From: a virus
Taxonomy: Duplodnaviria > Caudoviricetes
Reading direction: 5' to 3' (one strand)
IMG/VR virus record: IMGVR_UViG_3300025133_009061
Coordinates: 8,643-72,642 of that record
DNA length: 64,000 nucleotides
Shown here: piece by piece, positions 19,852 to 28,042 of the stretch
Position numbering within the stretch: the first letter of the stretch is position 1
Layout: every line of letters begins with the position of its first letter
The notes under the pieces: model-generated
Seen by the model: the letters and a program-made list of their open reading frames with translations, nothing else
Told to the model about the DNA's origin: nothing
The model's database searches: none
Made by a program: the position numbers and the translations under genes

Positions 19852-20259
19852 TTACACTTTAAGATCAATTCCCTCGTCCCTTTCTACATTTAAGGAGTAG
19901 GCGGTGTTAATTGGGGTGGCGTTCCCTGCCGTTCCTGCTGGTTTTATATCGTTAATTAAATATCGAGGCCCAGCCCTTAAGTCGAACATTATTCGGTCGT
20001 ATCGAACTCCAAAATACCTAAGCATTCTTTCTGTATGATCCTTGTGTTTAGCGTCTCTTGCCGTAGTCAGCACGACGGTGTCCTCCTCGGGCAACTCTTT
20101 AAGAAAGCTGACGCTTTTTTCAATTGGGGTTTCGAGTGTATGGCTGTCTTCTCCTAGAGATCTTATGGCGCTATCTATATCCTTGTTGTAGAGGTGTTTA
20201 ACGATGGTTCCGTCAATATCGATGAACCAAGTCTTGTTGAGGGATTCTTCTGCTATCAT
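19852..20259 (-). CDS. HAD-superfamily phosphatase
   Basis: WFIDIDGT motif I, VVLTTAR, YLINDIKP; ATGA overlap fixes the start at 20259. Confidence 0.8.
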   Translation of the reverse strand: MIAEESLNKTWFIDIDGTIVKHLYNKDIDSAIRSLGEDSHTLETPIEKSVSFLKELPEEDTVVLTTARDAKHKDHTERMLRYFGVRYDRIMFDLRAGPRYLINDIKPAGTAGNATPINTAYSLNVERDEGIDLKV

Positions 20260-20834
20260 AAATCTTTGTAAAGCTCCAAGCATTTTGGGTCTTTTTTAAG
20301 TCGTCCCGATTTTTTGTATGCTTCCTTGCGGAGTTCGAGAGGTAGGCTATGTTTGTTTCTTGCCCAGTTGGTTATTTTTTGAAAACAGTTTTCTACTCGA
20401 ACAAAAAATCTATATTTAAAAGAGTGTTTTCGATAGTCGTCGAATATTTCTTGTTCTGTATCCCACATTTTCTGGACTTCTTCTGATTCTTTCTTGGTGG
20501 ATTCTAGACGAAAGCTAACAAGTTCTTTTTTATCTACTTTTCCGTTCTTAAAGCTGAATTCGCATTCTATCCAGTACTCGTCTTGATCTTTGTTTGTTAC
20601 GCGGTCGTGAAAGCGAATAGTGGTATTCCTTTTTACTTTCTCCCACTCTTCGAAGGGGCGAGCTTCCTTTTTCTTTTTGTAAAGATATTGACGGTGGACT
20701 TTATAAAGGTCCATTAGATTGTCTAGGTCTTTCGTTTGGAAGCGGTGGCTTTTATCCAACAGCTTCTCGTTCTCTTTGTCTAGTAGACTCCGAAGATATC
20801 CCTTCGGCACCATTATCTCGTCGAACATTCCCAT
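20256..20834 (-). CDS. Hypothetical phage protein
   Basis: MGMFDEI...FQTKDLDNLM N-terminus common in phage hypotheticals; tight gene packing. Confidence 0.6.
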   Translation of the reverse strand: MGMFDEIMVPKGYLRSLLDKENEKLLDKSHRFQTKDLDNLMDLYKVHRQYLYKKKKEARPFEEWEKVKRNTTIRFHDRVTNKDQDEYWIECEFSFKNGKVDKKELVSFRLESTKKESEEVQKMWDTEQEIFDDYRKHSFKYRFFVRVENCFQKITNWARNKHSLPLELRKEAYKKSGRLKKDPKCLELYKDL

Positions 20835-21024
20835 TTTTTTCCTTGTATGTAACCCCGCATCCATCTGCGGAGGTGTTTAAAGTTTCATTTATGATTAAAA
20901 TTACCTTTTCTGAAAGGGGGTATTCCCTTTTTAGCATTTCGTCAGCTATGGTAAGCGCTTCGTATTCGTTAGCATTTTCTATTTCAAGGTTGCAGGAACA
21001 AGTAATTATGGTTTTTTTACTCAT
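20752..21024 (-). CDS. Small hypothetical protein
   Basis: In a tightly packed - strand run; overlaps the previous ORF. Confidence 0.45.
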   Translation of the reverse strand: MSKKTIITCSCNLEIENANEYEALTIADEMLKREYPLSEKVILIINETLNTSADGCGVTYKEKNGNVRRDNGAEGISSESTRQREREAVG

Positions 21025-21205
21025 TATCTTTCTTGAGTAAAGTCTCTGTTATGAGGGGTAGATTAGCTGAGGAAATGATTTCCCGAGCAATCTCAACGGG
21101 AACCCCGCGTTTTAAGAGGGTTTGGTGGAGACTGTTTCCCTTGGCAATATATTCTCTTAACGAAGCCAGTAAAAGAGAAGTGTTGCCTGTTGGGGTATGG
21201 CTCAA
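21017..21205 (-). CDS. Small hypothetical protein
   Basis: Abuts both neighbours. Confidence 0.5.
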   Translation of the reverse strand: MSHTPTGNTSLLLASLREYIAKGNSLHQTLLKRGVPVEIAREIISSANLPLITETLLKKDNE

Positions 21206-21206
21206 T

Positions 21207-21428
21207 TTAAGCTGGTTCGGCGATAGCTGCCGTTACTTTGGCTTCAAGCACCTTAACCCTTTCGTTAGCTTCGACGGCTCGGTTAGCTGCTTCTGTCGCC
21301 ATGGAATCTATTTCTGTGGCGTGAGAAGAGGCTTCTTCAGCGGCATTTCGTGCGTCGTTAGCTGCATCTTGGGTGGCTGCCGCACAGCGGCGTGAGGACT
21401 CTAACATTATTTTAAGATAATTAGACAT
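21207..21428 (-). CDS. Small Ala-rich coiled-coil protein
   Basis: Heptad-like AANDARNAAEEASSHA; tight packing. Confidence 0.55.
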   Translation of the reverse strand: MSNYLKIMLESSRRCAAATQDAANDARNAAEEASSHATEIDSMATEAANRAVEANERVKVLEAKVTAAIAEPA

Positions 21429-21447
21429 ACATCATATATTTTATCAG

Positions 21448-21642
21448 TTATTCTCCTTTTTCAAAAATTTTTTTAAGGTTTTGTAGTTCTTTCAGGAAGT
21501 CGGCTGACATTTCTACCTTTATAGCGTCCTCGTCGTCCATTATCGGCATGTCCGTTATTATTTTTTTATATTTTTTAATTAAATTGGTTATAGTGCGGTG
21601 GGTTTTTCTAGGCTTTTGTCTCTCAAATTCTGATATATTCAT
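21448..21642 (-). CDS. Small hypothetical protein
   Basis: Tight packing. Confidence 0.5.
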   Translation of the reverse strand: MNISEFERQKPRKTHRTITNLIKKYKKIITDMPIMDDEDAIKVEMSADFLKELQNLKKIFEKGE

Positions 21643-21820
21643 TCTTTTTCTCCATATTGTTTTTGACTCTACCCATTAGGTTTAAAAGGTCGTCCATTTT
21701 TTTAAATTCTCCGTTAAGGACCTTTCCGCGATTGTTTCCCAGTTCTAGAGAAACCTCCATGAGCTTGCATACAGCTTGTTTTAACATAAAGGATTCTTCG
21801 CTATAGAGGAAGTCTGACAT
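21623..21820 (-). CDS. Small hypothetical protein
   Basis: Tight packing. Confidence 0.5.
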   Translation of the reverse strand: MSDFLYSEESFMLKQAVCKLMEVSLELGNNRGKVLNGEFKKMDDLLNLMGRVKNNMEKKNEYIRI

Positions 21821-21870
21821 ACTTATCTAAACTCTATTACATTCAGGAAGCTCACCTAGGGAATTTTTAA

Positions 21871-22653
21871 TTAAAGATTAAAATAATTAGCCTGAAATTT
21901 GAGATTTCCGTAAAAAGTATTAAATCCTCGATGCCCCAAAGAAATGTCCGGAAGGACGGTAATTTCTCCTCCTAAAGACTTCCAAAGCTTGCAGAACCCG
22001 TAGTCTTCGCTTTCGTACTTCTTTGTCTCAGGGTTCACTTTGCACTGAAAAATGTCATAGAAATTGTCTTCGGCCTCCATGTAGCCATCAATATCGTTAA
22101 CGTATTTTATTTCGGGTCTAGCTTCGATAATCTTTTCAATACAGGAACGGCTGATCAGCATGAAGCCCGTGGCAGCGTAGTTGGCTTCTACCGGTTGTCC
22201 ATTTTTACTCTTAGAGTAGGACTCTCGGGGGAGCTCAGTCGAAAAGTCAGTAGCCAAATGTCTCCATTGCTCAGGGAAGTTTCTAGAAGCTCCCATGACT
22301 TGCATTTTTTGATGACTCCAATACTTTTTGGGGTAAACTCCAACCACAACTTCCTTCTGCTGATCCACCAACTTCAAAACGTCATGAGCATCGAAGCTTA
22401 CGTCCGTATCTACAAAAAGCAGGTGGGTGTATTCTTTAGCTAGCATGAAGGCGACAGATGCATTTCTTGCTCTACTTATAAGACTCTCAAACCAAATAGA
22501 TCTCATGCCGAGGTTAATATTCTTTTGGCGACACAAAAGCAGCAGGTTTATGGTGCTCATCATGTAGTCAGAGTGAACCATCCCCGTGTAGCCTATCACA
22601 GGGTAGAAGATATTTATTTTTGAGTAATCTAATTGGGGAGACGAGTTATTCAT
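21871..22653 (-). CDS. GT-A fold glycosyltransferase-like protein
   Basis: ESLISRARN, THLLFVDTDV (DxD), ATGFMLISR, YESEDYGFC. Confidence 0.8.
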   Translation of the reverse strand: MNNSSPQLDYSKINIFYPVIGYTGMVHSDYMMSTINLLLLCRQKNINLGMRSIWFESLISRARNASVAFMLAKEYTHLLFVDTDVSFDAHDVLKLVDQQKEVVVGVYPKKYWSHQKMQVMGASRNFPEQWRHLATDFSTELPRESYSKSKNGQPVEANYAATGFMLISRSCIEKIIEARPEIKYVNDIDGYMEAEDNFYDIFQCKVNPETKKYESEDYGFCKLWKSLGGEITVLPDISLGHRGFNTFYGNLKFQANYFNL

Positions 22654-22909
22654 TGATAAGGAGAGCTACTTCAAGAATTCTTTTTTTGTTTATTGGTTTC
22701 ATTCTTTTGATCTCAAGATTTTTCCCATAAAGACTACCCTCAAAACCAAACAAATGAACTTCTACCCCATTTTCAAAGGCACAAATTGCTAGGCCGTGCC
22801 CATAGTTTGTTTCACAAAGGTAAACCCCTTTTTCGCATTCAAGCTCCACGTTTGCAGTGGGAAGGCCCATTAAAGAAGCCTCTCCTTCTCCATGTATCAC
22901 CCTAGGCAT
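22646..22909 (-). CDS. Minimal stand-alone riboflavin kinase
   Basis: VIHGEGEASLMGLPTANV, GVY, EVHLFGFEGSLYGKNL match the RibF kinase PTAN and E.H motifs. Confidence 0.8.
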   Translation of the reverse strand: MPRVIHGEGEASLMGLPTANVELECEKGVYLCETNYGHGLAICAFENGVEVHLFGFEGSLYGKNLEIKRMKPINKKRILEVALLINE

Positions 22910-22915
22910 TAAATT

Positions 22916-24850
22916 TTATCTTATGGGGCATGCTCCACCTTCACATTCGAGTCCTTCCAATACGTGACCGTTCCCAACTTTGGTGGGAGTTACTTTTTTG
23001 ACGGCCATAGAAAGTTTTTTATAAGTCTCTGCGTCTATCTGTTCGTAAGGAGCCTGATCGAATCCATGATCTTGGTGAAGAAGGAACGATACGCTTTTAA
23101 TGTTGTTTTTATAATTCTTTCGGAGCCACTCTTTTATTTCTTGGAGTTCTTCTTTCTTATAGTAGACAGTGCAGGAGACAGCGTTGTCGGACCACTCTTT
23201 TTGAATCTTCTTTACTAGATCTAGTTGATCTACCGCTTTCATATCTTTCGCAAGCTTTGCGCTTTTTCCCGACCGACAGGGGAATTCAACGATCACCGTG
23301 TCTCTATTCAATGAGCCATCAAAGTTTTTTACGTATTCGACATGGTAGTTCATCTCTCTGCAGGTCTGCACAAGCGCATCTTCACTTGACATCCTGACGC
23401 GACGAATGTAATACCGCGAATAAGCGGGATGGACTCCGGGGGTCGCTCCCGCTAGCAAACTAAGTGTTCCGCTGGGCTTGACCGTGGTTAACTTAATGCT
23501 TTCTGGCCAGCCTTGTTTCTTGCTCCATTCTTGATCGTACTTGCGAAGGGCTTTATAGCACGGGTCGAGCCATTCTAATTTTCCGTTATCGGTAGATTGA
23601 CAAATACCAGTGATGCCCTGCCCTATCCTAAAATTTTTGTGAACTATTTTATTAGTGTCTTCGTGAATGAATGGAAGAGCGCAGATTGCTTTTTGAGTTT
23701 TATAAAGAAGAGTCGCGCATTCAATCATTTCTTCTTTGGATTCAATATTGTTTAAATAAAGCTCTGCCAAGTTGCAGCACTCCTTGTCCGCGAGGGAGAT
23801 TTCTCCGCAAGGGTTGGTGCCTTCGCAGTTTTCTTTGCTTTTTTCCCCGGTTCTTCCAAACTTGGAACTCAAGTTAAGGTTAAAAAAGCCATAAGGTTCC
23901 CCGTTCCCTGCATAACCATCCCAAATACCTTCGGCAATGTGGTCGTAACTGTCACAATAGATGGTGTTGTTGCTCATGGCCCTCCAGTTCGGAATGTTAC
24001 CCAAATCCCATCTTTTAGCCTTGATGTACAGGTAGTCATCTGGGTCCCCCAAGGCTATTTCTGCGGAGCGTCTAACGTTTCCAGCCACTACTACAGACCC
24101 AATAATATTTGCAATATCTAAAACGTCTAGGCTTCGAAGCTTCTTGCCTTCCCTTTCTTTTATTACTCCTCCTATCTTATTTATCCCTTCGATTAAGATC
24201 TCCGGGCCACTAGCGGTTCCCCCAAACCCTTGAATGGGTTTTCCAGCACTCCGGACGAGAACAGTTGAGTAACTAAAAGATTCACCTGAGACGAAATAAG
24301 AGTCGAGCACTTTGGCTAATAAACGTACCCATCCTTCTCGGCTATCGGGGACAATAAAGTCGGCATCATTAGTGTTCTGGACAGTTATGTTTACTTCTTT
24401 TTTTACGCGAGGAAGTTCATGGATGTCTTCGCGCCTAATGGAGTAACCTACTCCGCCCCCCAGCATAAGGTTTTCGAAAATGAAACAAAAATCAGTGGGT
24501 TTTTTGATAGCGGTGAACCAGCAGTTCAGCAAGCTGTTCCCTCCAAACCTGTCTACGGTGGAGGTGCCGAGCTGCCATAGTCCTCGGCCAGCAAAATTGC
24601 ATTTTAAATTAAAAACCAAATCGAATAGTTTTTCAGCTTCCTTTTTTGTGTATCCTGCGCCGATTTTTTGAGCTCCGTTAATACATCTCGCTATGGTTTC
24701 GTACCATTCTTCAAGAGTTCCATTCTCCTTGACGCGAGAATAGGTTCGCTTGTAAACGATGTAGCCTAAGCCGTTGAAGCCCCACTTGGGCTGTTTGTTT
24801 TTGTACTTCTTGAGAAAGTCGTTAGTGATGATAGTGGTGTCTTGTTTCAT
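22916..24850 (-). CDS. nrdJ: Class II (adenosylcobalamin) ribonucleotide reductase, monomeric RTPR type
   Basis: YKRTYSR, AGRGLW, GNVRRSAEIALG, TNPCGEI, CCNLAEL, TTVKPSGTLSL, C-terminal CEGGACPIR. Confidence 0.93.
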   Translation of the reverse strand: MKQDTTIITNDFLKKYKNKQPKWGFNGLGYIVYKRTYSRVKENGTLEEWYETIARCINGAQKIGAGYTKKEAEKLFDLVFNLKCNFAGRGLWQLGTSTVDRFGGNSLLNCWFTAIKKPTDFCFIFENLMLGGGVGYSIRREDIHELPRVKKEVNITVQNTNDADFIVPDSREGWVRLLAKVLDSYFVSGESFSYSTVLVRSAGKPIQGFGGTASGPEILIEGINKIGGVIKEREGKKLRSLDVLDIANIIGSVVVAGNVRRSAEIALGDPDDYLYIKAKRWDLGNIPNWRAMSNNTIYCDSYDHIAEGIWDGYAGNGEPYGFFNLNLSSKFGRTGEKSKENCEGTNPCGEISLADKECCNLAELYLNNIESKEEMIECATLLYKTQKAICALPFIHEDTNKIVHKNFRIGQGITGICQSTDNGKLEWLDPCYKALRKYDQEWSKKQGWPESIKLTTVKPSGTLSLLAGATPGVHPAYSRYYIRRVRMSSEDALVQTCREMNYHVEYVKNFDGSLNRDTVIVEFPCRSGKSAKLAKDMKAVDQLDLVKKIQKEWSDNAVSCTVYYKKEELQEIKEWLRKNYKNNIKSVSFLLHQDHGFDQAPYEQIDAETYKKLSMAVKKVTPTKVGNGHVLEGLECEGGACPIR

Positions 24851-24869
24851 TCTGTAAATCTGTAGGGAT

Positions 24870-24891
24870 TACGACCTTTACTGAGGTCGTA
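24870..24891 (-). promoter_or_regulatory. 8-bp stem hairpin in the nrdJ 5' leader
   Basis: TACGACCT-ttactg-AGGTCGTA perfect inverted repeat between promoter and ATG. Confidence 0.55.
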
Positions 24892-24896
24892 GGAGA

Positions 24897-24925
24897 AGCA
24901 TAGGGGTTTCGGGGAGAACTGTCAA
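24897..24925 (-). promoter_or_regulatory. sigma70-like promoter of nrdJ
   Basis: TTGACA-17 bp (GTTCTCCCC...)-TATGCT. Confidence 0.7.
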
Positions 24926-24926
24926 G

Positions 24927-25094
24927 CTATTTTTCGATGATTTCTAGTTTCTCGTCCGTTTTCTTTTGTAGGTTTATTAAATATTTTTTTGCTTCCGTCA
25001 ACCCTTCTTCGGTGTGAGGGAACGCGCCGTATGACCATTTTCTTTTCTCCGATTCAATAAGGTAGTATTTTTTATTTTTTTTGTTTTTTGGCAT
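24927..25094 (-). CDS. Small basic hypothetical protein (55 aa, not in ORF track)
   Basis: MPKNKKNKKYYLIESEKRKWSYGAFPHTEEG...; fills the gap between neighbours. Confidence 0.55.
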   Translation of the reverse strand: MPKNKKNKKYYLIESEKRKWSYGAFPHTEEGLTEAKKYLINLQKKTDEKLEIIEK

Positions 25095-25401
25095 GTTCCT
25101 CGAGCATTTGAGAGATCGTCTCTTCGAGATCTTCTATTTTCTTTTCTAGTAAATCCAGTTGGTCGTTTTCAAACTTCATTCTTGTCATTAGAATGTTCAC
25201 CTCTTTAAGGTTTTGGGAACAGGTATCTTCAATGAACTCGTCGGTGGAGTAGCTCCATCCTTCTTCCTCTTCGTCCATCTTAGCAAAGAGTTCCTCAGCT
25301 CTCTTCTCCCAGAAGTCGACGCTTTGAGCGCTAATTTTGGAGGCTTCTACGACTTCCTTTTTTTGGTCGAGAAGTTTTTTTAATAAAGTATCAATCTTCA
25401 T
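25072..25401 (-). CDS. Hypothetical coiled-coil protein
   Basis: Tight packing, heptad pattern. Confidence 0.55.
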   Translation of the reverse strand: MKIDTLLKKLLDQKKEVVEASKISAQSVDFWEKRAEELFAKMDEEEEGWSYSTDEFIEDTCSQNLKEVNILMTRMKFENDQLDLLEKKIEDLEETISQMLEEHAKKQKK

Positions 25402-25579
25402 TTTCTAAAGTCTCCCTAATTAGTTTAAGTTTATTTGTTACGAAACTTTCCCCCGGATTTTTAACGGGGTCTTTACTTTTAAGTTTCGCGTCTTGCCAGA
25501 TAGACGTATCTATTACCTGATTGAGCAGCGTAAGTATCTGCTTGTAAGTAGTATGCGTGATGACTCTGTCCTCGCTCAT
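25391..25579 (-). CDS. Small hypothetical protein
   Basis: Tight packing. Confidence 0.5.
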   Translation of the reverse strand: MSEDRVITHTTYKQILTLLNQVIDTSIWQDAKLKSKDPVKNPGESFVTNKLKLIRETLENED

Positions 25580-25590
25580 TTGAAAATATC

Positions 25591-25785
25591 CTACTTCAAA
25601 AGTAAAAAATTGTCAAACTCAATTTCGTCCCAAGTCGTTGCCTTGGAAGACTTTCGGTGTTGGGAATAGCATACAGCCAGACGCTGTTTGGGGTCTTTGT
25701 ACTCTTGGTTCATGGTGGGGCTGGCCATGCAAGAATTAATGAAGTCTTCTTTTTTCTGGTCTTTTCGAGGAGATGGAAGCGGCAT
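25591..25785 (-). CDS. Conserved small phage protein (MPLPSP...FINSCM...YKDPKQRLAVCYS)
   Basis: Recognisable motif often seen near head-assembly genes; GTGTAA 8 nt upstream. Confidence 0.65.
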   Translation of the reverse strand: MPLPSPRKDQKKEDFINSCMASPTMNQEYKDPKQRLAVCYSQHRKSSKATTWDEIEFDNFLLLK

Positions 25786-25797
25786 ACCTATAATTAC

Positions 25798-25827
25798 ACA
25801 AAAAAAACCGGGCCGAAGCCCGGTTTT
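25798..25827 (-). terminator. Rho-independent terminator after hsp20
   Basis: AAAACCGGGC-TTCG-GCCCGGTTTT stem with UUCG loop followed by a T tract on -. Confidence 0.9.
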
Positions 25828-25839
25828 CAGAAAACCCTT

Positions 25840-26196
25840 TTATTTTATTTTTATTTCTTTGGGTTTGTGTTTGTTTTTTTGTTTAAACGTTAACCGAAAG
25901 ACCCCATTCTTCAATGAGGCGTCCGCTGAGGACAGGTCGGCTTTTTCTGGGACCTCGTAAGCTTGTCCAAACTTAACTTCTTTGCCCCTTTTTGTGGTTT
26001 TTCCTTCCAAGTTGAGGTGTCCGTGCTGATCTAATCGGACTTTGACGTCCTCCTTAGAAAAACCGGGCATTTCTACCTCAAATACGTAATCTCCATCTTC
26101 TTCTGCGAAAACGGGATCAAAAGTCTTTTCTATCTCTGTGAATAACGGCGTTGCGAAATCAAGCAAGCCCCTGCCAAAAGTATTATGTAAATACAT
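25840..26196 (-). CDS. Small heat shock protein (Hsp20/alpha-crystallin)
   Basis: FEVEMPGFSKEDVKV, ADASLKNGVFRLTF, C-terminal PKEIKIK (IxI). Confidence 0.9.
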   Translation of the reverse strand: MYLHNTFGRGLLDFATPLFTEIEKTFDPVFAEEDGDYVFEVEMPGFSKEDVKVRLDQHGHLNLEGKTTKRGKEVKFGQAYEVPEKADLSSADASLKNGVFRLTFKQKNKHKPKEIKIK

Positions 26197-26207
26197 AACG
26201 TTCTTTT

Positions 26208-26223
26208 AGCAAGGGCTGTGCCA
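26208..26223 (-). promoter_or_regulatory. sigma54 (-24/-12) promoter upstream of hsp20
   Basis: TGGCAC-AGCCC-TTGCT, exact match to TGGCAC-N5-TTGCW. Confidence 0.65.
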
Positions 26224-26371
26224 TAGTGTCTCTTTGTACTAACTTCAGCCTCTAGCGAGGAGAGAATACCCCCTATTTCATTGGCCGAAGTGTGCCTTTT
26301 GCTCTCGCATGATTCTTAGATGAGGAAGGCTAACCTCTCCTTTTGTGAATCTGTTTTTCGTGACCGGTGGG

Positions 26372-26587
26372 TCACAAAGTCTCGTAAGATAGGGACCGTA
26401 TGTCGTACATTGAAATCTTTTCCGTAACGGATGGGTTGTCAAAGCGCGAAATTAAAAAGTATTCTTCGTCTATAACCTTTTCTACCTTTCCCCTCCATCC
26501 TCCGTTTTTAATGACATGAACATCAGCTCCTATCATCTTGACGTTGTGGGACATTATCTCTGCGTAAGCGGGGTTTTTTTGCTGCAT
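26372..26587 (-). CDS. Small hypothetical protein (SH3-like beta pattern)
   Basis: GWRGKVEKVIDEEYFLI; tight packing. Confidence 0.55.
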   Translation of the reverse strand: MQQKNPAYAEIMSHNVKMIGADVHVIKNGGWRGKVEKVIDEEYFLISRFDNPSVTEKISMYDIRSLSYETL

Positions 26588-26593
26588 TGTATA

Positions 26594-27067
26594 TTATTGT
26601 CCGGAGCTTCCGAATCCTTGCTCTCCCCGTGAAGACTCTTCTAGTGTTTTCATAGATTTCCACTCAACAGTATGACATTTCTCAATAATCAGTTGAGCTA
26701 TTCTGTCGCCCGGTTTTATTTCCGTTCTGTTCGCTGATCCAAACATTGCTTCAAAAGCATTAGGTTTTAAATTATAACCCTCGAAGTTCAAGTTTATCAA
26801 TAAAACTTTTACTTCGCCTCGATAACCGGAATCTATTACCCCGGCCATCACGTCTATACCTTTCTTACACGCTAAACCGCTCCGTGGGGCCACTCTCCCG
26901 TAAAAACCTTCGGGAATTTCCACGTTGATTCCTGTTGAAATCAGCTTTCGCTGAAAGGGTTCGAGAGTGACGTATTCTCTGGAGAAAAGGTCATATCCTG
27001 CGTCAGATGCGTTTGCCCTGAAGGGTTCTTTTCCTTCCGGATTTAGTTTTGAGTATTTAATTTCCAT
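26594..27067 (-). CDS. dut: Trimeric dUTPase
   Basis: DAGYDL, RSGLA, GVIDSGYRGE, DRIAQL, RGEQGFGSSG. Confidence 0.95.
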   Translation of the reverse strand: MEIKYSKLNPEGKEPFRANASDAGYDLFSREYVTLEPFQRKLISTGINVEIPEGFYGRVAPRSGLACKKGIDVMAGVIDSGYRGEVKVLLINLNFEGYNLKPNAFEAMFGSANRTEIKPGDRIAQLIIEKCHTVEWKSMKTLEESSRGEQGFGSSGQ

Positions 27068-27467
27068 ATTTAATACATTCTACGTTATAAAACTCTAAAA
27101 TCTCTAAAGCGTTTGCGTCTCGCTTGTAGACGTCCCGATAAATAACCTTGGAGATTCCGTATCCAGCTATCATTGTCGCGCAAGCAGAGCATGGAAGTAA
27201 CGTTATAGCAAGCATTTGAGCTTCTCCTTTTTTAAAAAGACTTAAACAGTTCACTTCGGCATGAATCATGAATTTTCGGCGGTGATCCCTATTTCTCCAA
27301 AAATCATACCCAACGTCCTTCCCTGTAGCTAATCCGTTGTATCCCACAGCCACTACCATATGCTGCTCATTTAAAGCGCACGCTCCCACTTTCACGAAAT
27401 GATCTTCACTTCGGCTCGATACCGTTTCGGCAATATTGAGGGCGTATTCTTCCCACGGAATCCTCAC
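27057..27467 (-). CDS. dCMP deaminase
   Basis: VGACAL, VGYNG, HAEVN and PCSAC zinc motifs. Confidence 0.9.
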   Translation of the reverse strand: MRIPWEEYALNIAETVSSRSEDHFVKVGACALNEQHMVVAVGYNGLATGKDVGYDFWRNRDHRRKFMIHAEVNCLSLFKKGEAQMLAITLLPCSACATMIAGYGISKVIYRDVYKRDANALEILEFYNVECIKYGN

Positions 27468-27476
27468 AAGGCCTTG

Positions 27477-27505
27477 AGGTTAACTTTTAGGGGGGAGAAA
27501 GTCAA
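27477..27505 (-). promoter_or_regulatory. sigma70-like promoter of the dCMP deaminase/dut operon
   Basis: TTGACT-17 bp (TTCTCCCCCC...)-TAACCT, 9 nt before the GTG start. Confidence 0.6.
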
Positions 27506-27574
27506 GAAAAAAAACCAACTTTCCCGGGGACTCTTTGCGACAGAACTTTTTCAGAAATCTTGTCGAAAAAAAGG

Positions 27575-27603
27575 TTGACATCCCTCCCCGTTTGAATTAA
27601 AAC
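27575..27603 (+). promoter_or_regulatory. sigma70-like promoter
   Basis: TTGACA-17 bp (TCCCTCCCC...)-TAAAAC. Confidence 0.65.
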
Positions 27604-27609
27604 ATTTGC

Positions 27610-27990
27610 GTGTACGAAAAAAAAACGGTCCGAACCCGTTTTGTCTTTGGGGAGAAATCCCAGAGTTTTCTGCCGGGAGTCTCATCGCGGGTGTGGAGTT
27701 CGCTACTCACATTCTTTGGCAGTTTAAGCGAGCCCAATGCGACTGGGCAGAAAAAAAACCGTTGGTTAAGTTCCAACCTCGTGCCCGAGGTGATGAGCAT
27801 GACAGAGGTGAATGTAGGTTATTAGCATGGTTCCTACTGCCTTAAGAAAGGTACTCTGTTGTTAATTTTAGTTAACTGGTCGCGCTTCCGTCGTTTGGCC
27901 TACGACATTAAACAAGAAGAGCCCCTCAGAAAAGTTCTGTTAAAGGAAGCCACTTGCCCCCTGAACTCGGGGGCAGTGGCTTCAGTATTT
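27610..27990 (+). ncRNA. Candidate structured non-coding RNA (~380 nt), family not recognised
   Basis: Bounded by promoter and terminator; many hairpins and long-range pairings (see findings); only short non-homologous ORFs. Confidence 0.45.
27946..27990 (+). terminator. Strong hairpin, terminator-like
   Basis: GAAGCCACT(T)GCCCCC-tgaactc-GGGGGCAGTGGCTTC, 15 bp with one bulge, then AGTATTTTT. Confidence 0.75.
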
Positions 27991-28042
27991 TTCCTTGAAA
28001 AAGTTACTGTCAATAGGCTGAGTTCAACATAATTAATACTAA

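Noticed and set aside
24851-24925. Cobalamin riboswitch or NrdR box upstream of nrdJ
   Set aside because: Leader is about 40 nt and lacks the B12-box and NrdR consensus.
26203-26375. ORF MTHRSRK... interrupted by in-frame TAA at 26316-26318 (readthrough or recoding)
   Set aside because: No recognisable homology, it would overlap hsp20, and TAA is a normal stop throughout the window.
27575-27990. tmRNA, RNase P, hammerhead, group I/II intron or box C/D RNA
   Set aside because: Diagnostic motifs are absent; a single GTGATGA is insufficient.
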